From an uncultured Methanosarcinales archaeon (GTDB lineage Archaea > Nanobdellota > Nanobdellia > Woesearchaeales > JABIAG01), in the NCBI GenBank assembly GCA_964561995.1, contig CAZLQZ010000003.1:5056-69055 (forward strand): DNA of 64,000 bases. Reading direction: 5' to 3'. Within the stretch, counting starts at the first letter, position 1, and the number at the start of each line of letters is the position of its first letter. Made by a program: the position numbers and the translations under genes. Under the pieces are notes generated by a model that saw only the letters and a list, made by a program, of their open reading frames with translations, did no database searches and was not told where the DNA came from. Shown here piece by piece: positions 10,265 to 17,815 of this stretch.

Positions 10265-10324
10265 TTTTATTTTTTAGTTTTATTTGTTTTTAATTGTTTT
10301 GATTTTAATTAACTATTATATAAT

Positions 10325-11575
10325 TTACTTTGAACACAAATGGTTAGAATCACAATTTGCCGATTTACAATCCAAATTTATTAAACAATTTTCTCCAATT
10401 TCACATTTAAGACGACATGAACCACCACAATCAACATCGGTTTCGTCACCATCTTTTAAACCAGTATTACAAAAAAGATCCAAACAAATTCCTTCTTTAC
10501 CATACATAGTTTCACAAAAATCAGATTCACAATCTAAATCAATTTCGCATCGTTTTCCATTTTCACATTTAAAACAATGACCTCCACAATCAACATCGGT
10601 TTCATCACCATCTTTTGAACCAGTGTTACAATAATTTTTCATACACTTTTTTTCTTTATCATTTGCAGATATTCCACAAATACTAGATTCACAATCCTGA
10701 CCATTTAAACATTTATTATCGTATTCACATTTATTACATCTATCGCCACCACAGTCAACATCAGTTTCGTCAGGATCTTTGTTACCATTATTACAAAGAC
10801 TTTCACGACAAATTCCAGTTTTATCATTAGACATTTCACAAAAATCAGATTCACAATCTAAATCTATTGAACAATTTTTTCCATTTTCACAGCTATCACA
10901 TTCTTCACCACCACAGTCAACATCAGTTTCATCTTCATTAACTTCACCATCAAAACAACGATGTATATCTAAATCATAACCTTTATACTTACAATAAGAA
11001 ATAAAATATTTAATGCCTTTTTCTTCAGATTTTGAATTCATATCAACAGCTATTGTTTTATGTTCACCGTACAATGAATCAATAATTTCATCATAACTTC
11101 CTTCCTTATCATTAAACTTCAAAGTAAGTACATCGCCAGAATAAATATATTGAGTAGTATCACCATATAAATTAAATATTAATTCGTCCAAATAATTAAT
11201 TTTACATGAAGTTTCGCTATCTTTGCCTTCTTGTTCAAGATATATACAACATTTTAAATCATCAGCGATAGACTCTCTAGAATAAGTTATAAAATAATCT
11301 CCTTCAACTTTTGTTAATTTTTTACATTCCGCATTATTTAATACTGTGACTGAATCGTACTTTTTACCAGAACTTTTAACAATATCTAGTTCATTATATT
11401 CGTCTTTAATTTGAGAACAAAACTTTTTTGTTTTATCTTGAATTTCATTAAGACTTGAGCTTTGTTGGGAAAATGATTTGAAAACAATCAATAAAACAAC
11501 CGATGCAACAATAAGTACCATTACCATTATTACGGCTCCATTCATACTCAAACCAAAACCACCTTTCTTGTTCAT
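10325..11575 (-). CDS. Pilin-like protein (416 aa) with a paralogous N-domain plus four tandem six-Cys 'ETDVDCGG' modules; candidate tip adhesin
   Basis: N-terminus 'MNKKGGFGLSMNGAVIMVMVLIVASVVLLIVF'. Its N-domain aligns to the 137-aa protein 11635..12048 ('KFCSQ...ECKKL...LKCCIY' against 'KYCFQ...ECQVL...LLCCLY'). The C-terminal half holds 4 repeats 'NxGxKDxDETDVDCGGxxCxKCE..C....DCxSxxC'. A TATA-like motif lies in the upstream gap. Confidence 0.65.
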   Translation of the reverse strand: MNKKGGFGLSMNGAVIMVMVLIVASVVLLIVFKSFSQQSSSLNEIQDKTKKFCSQIKDEYNELDIVKSSGKKYDSVTVLNNAECKKLTKVEGDYFITYSRESIADDLKCCIYLEQEGKDSETSCKINYLDELIFNLYGDTTQYIYSGDVLTLKFNDKEGSYDEIIDSLYGEHKTIAVDMNSKSEEKGIKYFISYCKYKGYDLDIHRCFDGEVNEDETDVDCGGEECDSCENGKNCSIDLDCESDFCEMSNDKTGICRESLCNNGNKDPDETDVDCGGDRCNKCEYDNKCLNGQDCESSICGISANDKEKKCMKNYCNTGSKDGDETDVDCGGHCFKCENGKRCEIDLDCESDFCETMYGKEGICLDLFCNTGLKDGDETDVDCGGSCRLKCEIGENCLINLDCKSANCDSNHLCSK

Positions 11576-11634
11576 TATTTAAATAATTGAAGTTTTAATA
11601 TAAATACTTTCTTGTTTAAAAAACTTTTAAAAAA

Positions 11635-12048
11635 TTATTTCCCATCATCTGACCTATATAAACAACAGAGTAAATTATCTTCTTCTACATCTTTTGTTGT
11701 AAATACAGCATAATCAGTTTCTTTTATTCCTTTGTCGTCATCACCAACTTTAACAGAATTTGCTTTTTCTTTAGCTAATACTTGACATTCTGAATCTTTA
11801 AGAACATTAATTGATTGATACCTTATATATTGTTCATCTTCATTTTTTGAAGTTTCATATTTTTTATTTAACTCTTCAACAACTTGAAAACAATACTTAC
11901 TTCTTTTATCCTCAATATTGCCCAAATAACCTGAAAACGATCTCACTCTATTAAATACGGCAGGAATTGTAAAAGCTAATAAGAAAACTAAAACAAGCAT
12001 AATTGCAACCGTTGTAATTGTAAGTGACACGCCTTTATTGTTTATCAT
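11635..12048 (-). CDS. Pilin-like protein, 137 aa (paralogue of the N-domains of 10325..11575 and 12783..13145)
   Basis: N-terminus 'MINNKGVSLTITTVAIMLVLVFLLAF' (KG|V). Confidence 0.6.
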   Translation of the reverse strand: MINNKGVSLTITTVAIMLVLVFLLAFTIPAVFNRVRSFSGYLGNIEDKRSKYCFQVVEELNKKYETSKNEDEQYIRYQSINVLKDSECQVLAKEKANSVKVGDDDKGIKETDYAVFTTKDVEEDNLLCCLYRSDDGK

Positions 12049-12106
12049 GATATAAATTTAGAATGAAGATATATAAATATTATTATTTGTAGAAAAATTT
12101 AAAGAA

Positions 12107-12406
12107 TTACGTTGTTGCTGGAATACAACAAACTGATTTACCAAAAATACCCTTACTACATTCAACATTATTAGATTTACAAACATTGGCTCCAACATAC
12201 TGAATGTGTGTTTGTTTATTACATGATACACCACATGAAGTACAATCACCGCCTTTACTTTCACAATCACCAATACCAGTAGTAAATCCGCCAGCTTGTT
12301 CTCTAAATATAAAAATCATAATTAATAAAACTATTAAAGCTAAAACAGCTATAACGATAGTAGAAATCGATAATTCAAATCCTTTATTATTTTTGAATAG
12401 TTTCAT
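12107..12406 (-). CDS. Small Cys-rich archaeal pilin, 99 aa (candidate major pilin, copy 1)
   Basis: N-terminus 'MKLFKNNKGFELSISTIVIAVLALIVLLIMIF' is a textbook class III signal (KG|F). It is a tandem paralogue of 12424..12714; both share 'GGF..G..DC.SKGGDC..C....VCCI'. Confidence 0.7.
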   Translation of the reverse strand: MKLFKNNKGFELSISTIVIAVLALIVLLIMIFIFREQAGGFTTGIGDCESKGGDCTSCGVSCNKQTHIQYVGANVCKSNNVECSKGIFGKSVCCIPATT

Positions 12407-12423
12407 TTTAATATAAAAAAAAA

Positions 12424-12714
12424 TTAAACGTTTGCTTCTGGACTAATGCAACAAACTTGTTTTCCATCGCCTGCAGAATTGTCGATTTGTCCACAATCTG
12501 TTCTTGCGGGATATCTTACTATTTGTCCAGTTGAAACTGCATCAACAACATCACAAGAATCGTAACAATCTCCGCCTTTACTTCGACAATCTTTTACTCC
12601 TACAGCAAATCCACCAAATTGACCAGTAAATACTGCGACTAAAACAACTAAAATTAGTAAAGCAATAGCTGCAACAACAATTGTAGTTATTGATAATCCT
12701 TGACCTTTTGACAT
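12424..12714 (-). CDS. Small Cys-rich archaeal pilin (candidate major pilin, copy 2) with its own promoter and Shine-Dalgarno
   Basis: Starts 'MSKGQGLSITTIVVAAIALLILVVLVAVF' from ATG 12712-12714; the track's three extra codons begin at a GTG. AGGTG (12721-12725, minus sense) lies 6 nt upstream and a TATA box 'agtttataaata' (12733-12744) lies about 20 nt further up. Confidence 0.7.
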   Translation of the reverse strand: MSKGQGLSITTIVVAAIALLILVVLVAVFTGQFGGFAVGVKDCRSKGGDCYDSCDVVDAVSTGQIVRYPARTDCGQIDNSAGDGKQVCCISPEANV

Positions 12715-12732
12715 TATAGACACCTCATGTTA

Positions 12733-12744
12733 TATTTATAAACT
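12733..12744 (-). promoter_or_regulatory. TATA box of an internal promoter driving the small Cys-rich pilin gene 12424..12714
   Basis: Minus-strand 'AGTTTATAAATA' sits upstream of an AGGTG SD and the ATG, inside an otherwise coupled gene array. A second 'ttatatat' lies at about 12765. Confidence 0.5.
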
Positions 12745-12782
12745 TTTTATCGTGGTTCTAATATATAAATCTTTCTATGATT

Positions 12783-13145
12783 TTAAGAGCAATACTTTTT
12801 AACATTATCATCAGAATTACTTAAATTGGGATTATCTGTACAAAAAAACTTTTGTTTTTCTTCTTCTTCCATTATAACTTGTTCTGGACCAAAACATTCA
12901 GAAGAATATTCATAATAAGATAGTGCGGCAGTATTGTCGTGAAGTTTTGCTTGTAAATTTTTTGAAAAGTCACCCAAATTAGTTTTTGAAATTTCACAAT
13001 ACTTATTACCGGAACCAAGTCCAATAACAGAAGCAAGCCTATCCTTTGTTCCCTTAAAAACAGGAGCAAAAACCATTAAAAGTAATAAAGATATAATTAC
13101 AATTACCGAAAGAGTTAATGTTAAATTAAATCCTTTTTTATTCAT
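12783..13145 (-). CDS. Pilin-like protein, 120 aa
   Basis: N-terminus 'MNKKGFNLTLTLSVIVIISLLLLMVFAPVF' (KG|F). 'KYCE...ECFG' is related to the 11635 and 10325 N-domains. Confidence 0.6.
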   Translation of the reverse strand: MNKKGFNLTLTLSVIVIISLLLLMVFAPVFKGTKDRLASVIGLGSGNKYCEISKTNLGDFSKNLQAKLHDNTAALSYYEYSSECFGPEQVIMEEEEKQKFFCTDNPNLSNSDDNVKKYCS

Positions 13146-13291
13146 CTTATATTTTTATACGCTTGAAAAAAGTCGGCAGAGTTAATTAAAAACCAAATTA
13201 CAATAAATAATAATATTCCAAGCATAACCCAAATAATTATGCTTTTCCAAGCAAGATCAAATCCGCCTTTTTTATTATTAAATAATTTCAT
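13142..13291 (-). CDS. Minimal 49-aa prepilin ORF missed by the ORF track
   Basis: Hand translation of the minus strand: MKLFNNKKGGFDLAWKSIIIWVMLGILLFIVIWFLINSADFFQAYKNIR. Its ATG overlaps the TGA of 13288..14220 (ATGA), and its TGA overlaps the ATG of 12783..13145 (ATGA). Confidence 0.55.
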   Translation of the reverse strand: MKLFNNKKGGFDLAWKSIIIWVMLGILLFIVIWFLINSADFFQAYKNIR

Positions 13292-14220
13292 TCTTCAAAC
13301 AACCTCACAGGTATGTGAGTACAATTAATTTCTTTTGTTAGTGTTTCATTAGTATAAGGTCTTAATAAAACTTCCGAATAATGTTCAAAATCTTTAGCAG
13401 CAATTCTTGCTTGAATAGCAGCATAAGCTCCACCACCAATCACCAGTAATGTACCAACGCCTGCCGTAACCAAACCAACTGTAGCACCAATTCCAGTAGC
13501 AGAAGCACCCAATCCACCCTTAATAAAAAAAACTCCAGTTGCTACAGCAATTCCTGCCCCAGTTATCGCAGTTGCTGCCCCAACAACCATAGTTCCACCA
13601 GCAGCAGCAAATTGTGGACTTCTTTTTATATAATTTGACAACAAATCTTGTCCTTTAATATCTACGAAAATGACAGCATACCTTTCATCATCATTAAATA
13701 TCATTTTTTCATTGACAGATTCACGAGAAATTGCTTGCTCATAGTCTTGAACAATTTTGGCGTCTTGACTTTCAAAATCTTGTAAATAACTTAAATAGCT
13801 ATATCCTTTGCCAGGAACATAAGCGTCAACAAGGTATTTTCTAAATGCAGTAACTTCTTTAGTTTCTTCAGCTTCAATTATAGAACAAACTGAACAAAAG
13901 ACACCATCACCATTAAATAAATTCAATTTTCCTTCACCATACAGGTCCCAACATTCTCGCATTTCTTCTGCTAATTGTCCTTTAACTTTTTGTTCATTTC
14001 CTTTAAGAGTAATTTTATTTGCAGGACACTTGATTTCTTCAACTTTAGCTTTTAGACCATTATCCAATAATTTAGCATGAGTTTGTACACTAGTTTTACA
14101 AGTTCTATACCTTGTTGCCTCTTGAATGGTATCAGTAACAGTATAAACTAAAACTCCTAACAATGACAATATAATTAGAAAAAATATAACTTGTACCAAT
14201 TTGTTTTGAATAAATTCCAT
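13288..14220 (-). CDS. N-terminally anchored surface protein (310 aa) with a Gly/Ala-rich glycine-zipper TM hairpin near the C-terminus; paralogue of 14224..15042
   Basis: N-terminus 'MEFIQNKLVQVIFFLIILSLLGVLVYTV'. 'KCPANK...ECWDLYGEGKLN...CSVCS' aligns with 'KCPAKD...DCWDKFGEGKLN...CYVCS' of the neighbouring gene. C-terminal region 'AAAGGTMVVGAATAITGAGIAVATGVFFIKGGLGASATGIGATVGLVTAGVGTLLVIGGGAYAAI'. Confidence 0.6.
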   Translation of the reverse strand: MEFIQNKLVQVIFFLIILSLLGVLVYTVTDTIQEATRYRTCKTSVQTHAKLLDNGLKAKVEEIKCPANKITLKGNEQKVKGQLAEEMRECWDLYGEGKLNLFNGDGVFCSVCSIIEAEETKEVTAFRKYLVDAYVPGKGYSYLSYLQDFESQDAKIVQDYEQAISRESVNEKMIFNDDERYAVIFVDIKGQDLLSNYIKRSPQFAAAGGTMVVGAATAITGAGIAVATGVFFIKGGLGASATGIGATVGLVTAGVGTLLVIGGGAYAAIQARIAAKDFEHYSEVLLRPYTNETLTKEINCTHIPVRLFEE

Positions 14221-14223
14221 TTT

Positions 14224-15042
14224 TTAGTTTTCTAATGTATTACACACATCATTTATCTTTTCAGGTTCAATAAAAGCCATTTTTGAATATGTATCGTGAT
14301 TTGAAAATCCAAATGCAGCAGTCATGATTGTACCCCAAAAACCAGCATCTTTACCGCCCAAGTCCTTATTTACTACAAAGACATTAAGTAAATAATAAGT
14401 TTTTCCTTGTTTTAAATTTAAATTCCAGGGGTCAATAATTGCATCTTCAGCTTTACTAAACCAACCATCAAACCATAATTCTTTGTAACTTAACTTTTCA
14501 ATTCCATAAAAAGGTAAATTGTTTTTAAAAATAATTCCTGGTTCTAAAAAATCCCTATTTTTGTCATCTATTGAAAGATAAGTGTTTAAAGGGCCTTGCA
14601 TAACAAGTGATGAAAAAGAATTATCAGGCATTTTGAATTGTGAACAAACATAACAATGCGTTTTTCTTTTAGAATATTCACCCGGCAAAGGGTTTAGTTT
14701 TCCTTCACCAAACTTATCCCAACAATCAACCATTTCATCAGCCATTAACACTGCCATTTCTTTTTTAGCCCTATCTTCATTAGAACTCAAATCAATAGTA
14801 CCCAAATCTTTAGCAGGACATTTAGCATAAACAAAATCTTTATCATCCAAATATTTAGAAAACTCTGATGCTTTTAAAACTTCCAACTTACATTTCTTAC
14901 TATCTGTTTGACTTTCAGTATGTACTCTTAATTCATTTAAAAAAACAAACAAAATAGCAAAAATAAAAAGAGATATAATTATCACAACTAATGTTGTTTG
15001 CGTTAAAGTTACTCCTTTTTTGTTTTTTATCATTTTATACAA
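14224..15042 (-). CDS. Pilin-like protein, 272 aa (paralogue of 13288..14220)
   Basis: N-terminus 'MYKMIKNKKGVTLTQTTLVVIIISLFIFAILFVFL' (KG|V). Confidence 0.6.
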   Translation of the reverse strand: MYKMIKNKKGVTLTQTTLVVIIISLFIFAILFVFLNELRVHTESQTDSKKCKLEVLKASEFSKYLDDKDFVYAKCPAKDLGTIDLSSNEDRAKKEMAVLMADEMVDCWDKFGEGKLNPLPGEYSKRKTHCYVCSQFKMPDNSFSSLVMQGPLNTYLSIDDKNRDFLEPGIIFKNNLPFYGIEKLSYKELWFDGWFSKAEDAIIDPWNLNLKQGKTYYLLNVFVVNKDLGGKDAGFWGTIMTAAFGFSNHDTYSKMAFIEPEKINDVCNTLEN

Positions 15043-15128
15043 TATTATTTACAATTACTATTAAAAGTACGAAAAATATGATTAACAAAATCAAATACAA
15101 TAATGTTTTTAATGTTGGGGATAGCATT

Positions 15129-15689
15129 TTAACATACCTTTAATATTATCTCTACTGCTCCTTTATCGGACGTAAATATAAATGTATCTGCGTAAACCTT
15201 TCTTGCACGCTCACAACCAGTTACATCCGGTTCGAAGTTATAAGTTGTTTTATTAATCAAACAACCATCTCTCATTCTAATCTCAAATTCATAGTTTATC
15301 TTGCTTTCTTCTAAACTGTTTTTTAATATTTGCGTTATTGCACCATCTATTGGATTAAATAATTCATAATAACTATTAGTATATGAAGTACATTGAATTT
15401 GATCATAAGCATTTTCTGCATAAGCACATTTTTGAGGGTAAGTATCACTATAAGTTAAATGTGAAGCCACATCATTAATTAAAATTTCAACTCTTTGATT
15501 TTTACAATCAGTAGTCGTATCTTTCATAGTATTCAATATCTTAGTAGGAAGTTGCTTAAATAAAAAATCCTCAGCAATTTCTTGTTTTTCGTCTGAAAAT
15601 TTAATAAATAAAAGTAAACCAAGCATAAAAAGCACCATAATTATTGCTAATCCAAATATTTCCAATTGTCCTTTTTTATTGTTATTCAT
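15129..15689 (-). CDS. Pilin-like protein, 186 aa
   Basis: N-terminus 'MNNNKKGQLEIFGLAIIMVLFMLGLLLFIKF' (KG|Q). Confidence 0.6.
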   Translation of the reverse strand: MNNNKKGQLEIFGLAIIMVLFMLGLLLFIKFSDEKQEIAEDFLFKQLPTKILNTMKDTTTDCKNQRVEILINDVASHLTYSDTYPQKCAYAENAYDQIQCTSYTNSYYELFNPIDGAITQILKNSLEESKINYEFEIRMRDGCLINKTTYNFEPDVTGCERARKVYADTFIFTSDKGAVEIILKVC

Positions 15690-16288
15690 GAATATGCCTC
15701 AATAATTAACCAACCAAAATAACTAAGTTCTGGAACGCATCGTTTATCCAACAATGTTAAAGGAAAGTAAAATGTTTTTTTACTTTGTAATCCCGAACTA
15801 AAATCAAATAAAACTTTTTCTGGAACTGTTATGGTTGTATCAGTTGGATTTAATGCAAAAAACGCAGGTGCTTTTGTGTTACAATTATCTTCATCGAATG
15901 CTGGACTATAAACCCATCGAATTATTACTTTAGTATTTCCAAACTCTTCCCGATAATACCTCGGCCTAAACCGTACATTATCAACAAAACTCTGAAGTTT
16001 TTGAATTTCAAAACAATCTTTTGTTACATCTGAATTAATAGAACATTCCAATTCAGGAGTAAACAATACTTTTCGTGCAATTTCAGTTGCTTTTTGCTCA
16101 TTTAAAGTACTTGTTAACCTTTCTAATTTAGAAGCTTGAAAATTCGAATAAATACTAACTCCGATAATTAATAGAATAAAAAATACAAACAACACAACTG
16201 TTGATTCCATTAATTGAAGTTGGCCTTTCTTAGAAATCTTTGATTTCTGAGATACAAAAAATTTAATATGCTTAGTTGGGATTTTCAT
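15686..16288 (-). CDS. Pilin-like protein
   Basis: Class III motif 'SKKGQLQLMESTVVLFVFFILLIIGVSIY'. The probable start is the internal Met 'MKIPTK' at 16286-16288; the track's longer start (16321) would overlap the upstream gene by 32 nt. 4-nt overlap with the downstream gene. Confidence 0.55.
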   Translation of the reverse strand: MKIPTKHIKFFVSQKSKISKKGQLQLMESTVVLFVFFILLIIGVSIYSNFQASKLERLTSTLNEQKATEIARKVLFTPELECSINSDVTKDCFEIQKLQSFVDNVRFRPRYYREEFGNTKVIIRWVYSPAFDEDNCNTKAPAFFALNPTDTTITVPEKVLFDFSSGLQSKKTFYFPLTLLDKRCVPELSYFGWLIIEAYS

Positions 16289-16289
16289 T

Positions 16290-17315
16290 TTAATATATGG
16301 TTGCGCAAGACTTTCTTGCAAGTTTTCTATTTGTGTTTTCTAATATAAATTTACTATTTTGTAATTCATCAGTATCAATTAAATTAGAATAAAAAGTATC
16401 AAAAGCATCTAAATTTGGCAATATTTCAGTTTCTAAATCAGATTTACAATAAGTTCCCCTTACTACATTACCCCAATCATCATTACTATAATAATCAATA
16501 AAATAATTGGTTTTACCGACTAAGACTTTTGATGTTAGTCTCGATTTAAAAAATGCTTTTTTCATGTTACATTCAAATAAAGCAGCATCTTCAGAAAATA
16601 TTGCTCCTAAAATGGAATCTTTAACAAAATAAGGAAAACCATCGGGAAAATTGACCGTTTTATCGGGCCTACCATTATTAAAGAAAAATAATCCGGATTG
16701 ATTAATACAAATTTCGTGAGGTTTATTTTCAGAAGTACACTCGCCAATTTTAAAAAAAACATGCCTTACAAAATTAAAAGATGTGGGTTCTATTTGTGTA
16801 ACTATTCTTGAATCTTTATATCTTTGAGGAATCATGGAATAAACTTCACCACATAAACCATTACAATTAGCCGGAAAAACTATTTTTTCACCAGGAACAG
16901 CTAAATAAAGAAAATTTGCAGCATGGAATGGAATATCCCAACTTGAAGCAAATGAAATCAATTCAGTTGCTTGTAAATTTCTTATTGAAAATAAAGGTTG
17001 AGTATTAAAATCAATTGAAGCTTCAGAACTTTTTAAAGATAAAGAACTATCACAACCAATCAAATCAGAACAAGGTTCAGCACAATCATAAACAAAATGT
17101 TTATTTGAAATTTGAACTGTTGAAGAAGTATCAGTTGAAACAGATTTACCAATTAATAAATCTTCCATATCCTTAAGAATTCTCATTTCTAATTCTTTTT
17201 CTGTAATTTTTGTTTGAGCATTGATTATATTAAAAAAAAACATCATAATTACTGCTCCCGCAATGAGTACAAATACCCAATTAAAAACCACAGGAGTTAA
17301 GGCCTTAGAATTCAT
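16290..17315 (-). CDS. Pilin-like protein with a large ecto-domain, 341 aa
   Basis: N-terminus 'MNSKALTPVVFNWVFVLIAGAVIMMFFFNII'. Confidence 0.55.
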   Translation of the reverse strand: MNSKALTPVVFNWVFVLIAGAVIMMFFFNIINAQTKITEKELEMRILKDMEDLLIGKSVSTDTSSTVQISNKHFVYDCAEPCSDLIGCDSSLSLKSSEASIDFNTQPLFSIRNLQATELISFASSWDIPFHAANFLYLAVPGEKIVFPANCNGLCGEVYSMIPQRYKDSRIVTQIEPTSFNFVRHVFFKIGECTSENKPHEICINQSGLFFFNNGRPDKTVNFPDGFPYFVKDSILGAIFSEDAALFECNMKKAFFKSRLTSKVLVGKTNYFIDYYSNDDWGNVVRGTYCKSDLETEILPNLDAFDTFYSNLIDTDELQNSKFILENTNRKLARKSCATIY

Positions 17316-17815
17316 CTTGTCAATGGTTGAATTTTCGTTGCGTCACCCAAACCTTCCATCTTAACTTCAATTTTACCATACTTAGTTTCATAACAAGTGT
17401 AATTATCGTCGTTAATACTAGTGAAATTTCCAATTTTAACACTTCCTAAATCAAATGCTTCTAAAACAAAACCGCCCTTTCCTAATAAAAATAAATTTTT
17501 GTTTGGAGATTCTCCTTCATAAGCTTGTAAAGCATAAGGCACTAAATTTCTATAAAAACTACAATCACTACAAGAAGTAATAAAACAAACTTGTTCGATT
17601 TTACTAGGAACATTATAAGAAAACACTTCAGAAGTACCCCTTAATCTTCTTACAGAATCTACATCTTCAAATATTTTATTAGTTAATTTAACCAAGGACA
17701 CATCATCAGAAGTTGAAAATATTGCGGCAATTCCTTTAAAAGATATTAAAAACATTAATCCTATTACTAAAGCAATTAAAATAAAAATAAATACTGTTGA
17801 TGTTTGTGCTTTCAT
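17312..17815 (-). CDS. Pilin-like protein (167 aa), translationally coupled to the giant gene
   Basis: N-terminus 'MKAQTSTVFIFILIALVIGLMFLISF' (KA|Q). Its ATG (17813-17815) overlaps the TGA of the giant ORF (17812-17814), forming ATGA. Confidence 0.6.
   Translation of the reverse strand: MKAQTSTVFIFILIALVIGLMFLISFKGIAAIFSTSDDVSLVKLTNKIFEDVDSVRRLRGTSEVFSYNVPSKIEQVCFITSCSDCSFYRNLVPYALQAYEGESPNKNLFLLGKGGFVLEAFDLGSVKIGNFTSINDDNYTCYETKYGKIEVKMEGLGDATKIQPLTR

Noticed and set aside
8990-10979. Plus-strand ORFs 8990..9214, 10284..10580 and 10779..10979 (Ser/Pro/Gln-rich)
   Set aside because: Antisense of Cys/Asp-rich pilin-like genes; 'HEPPQSTSVSS' is the reverse reading of the 'ETDVDCGG' modules.
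12058-13069. ORFs 12058..12273, 12204..12416 and 12872..13069 overlapping the small pilin genes
   Set aside because: Alternative frames or antisense of genes whose products have canonical class III signal peptides; no signals of their own.
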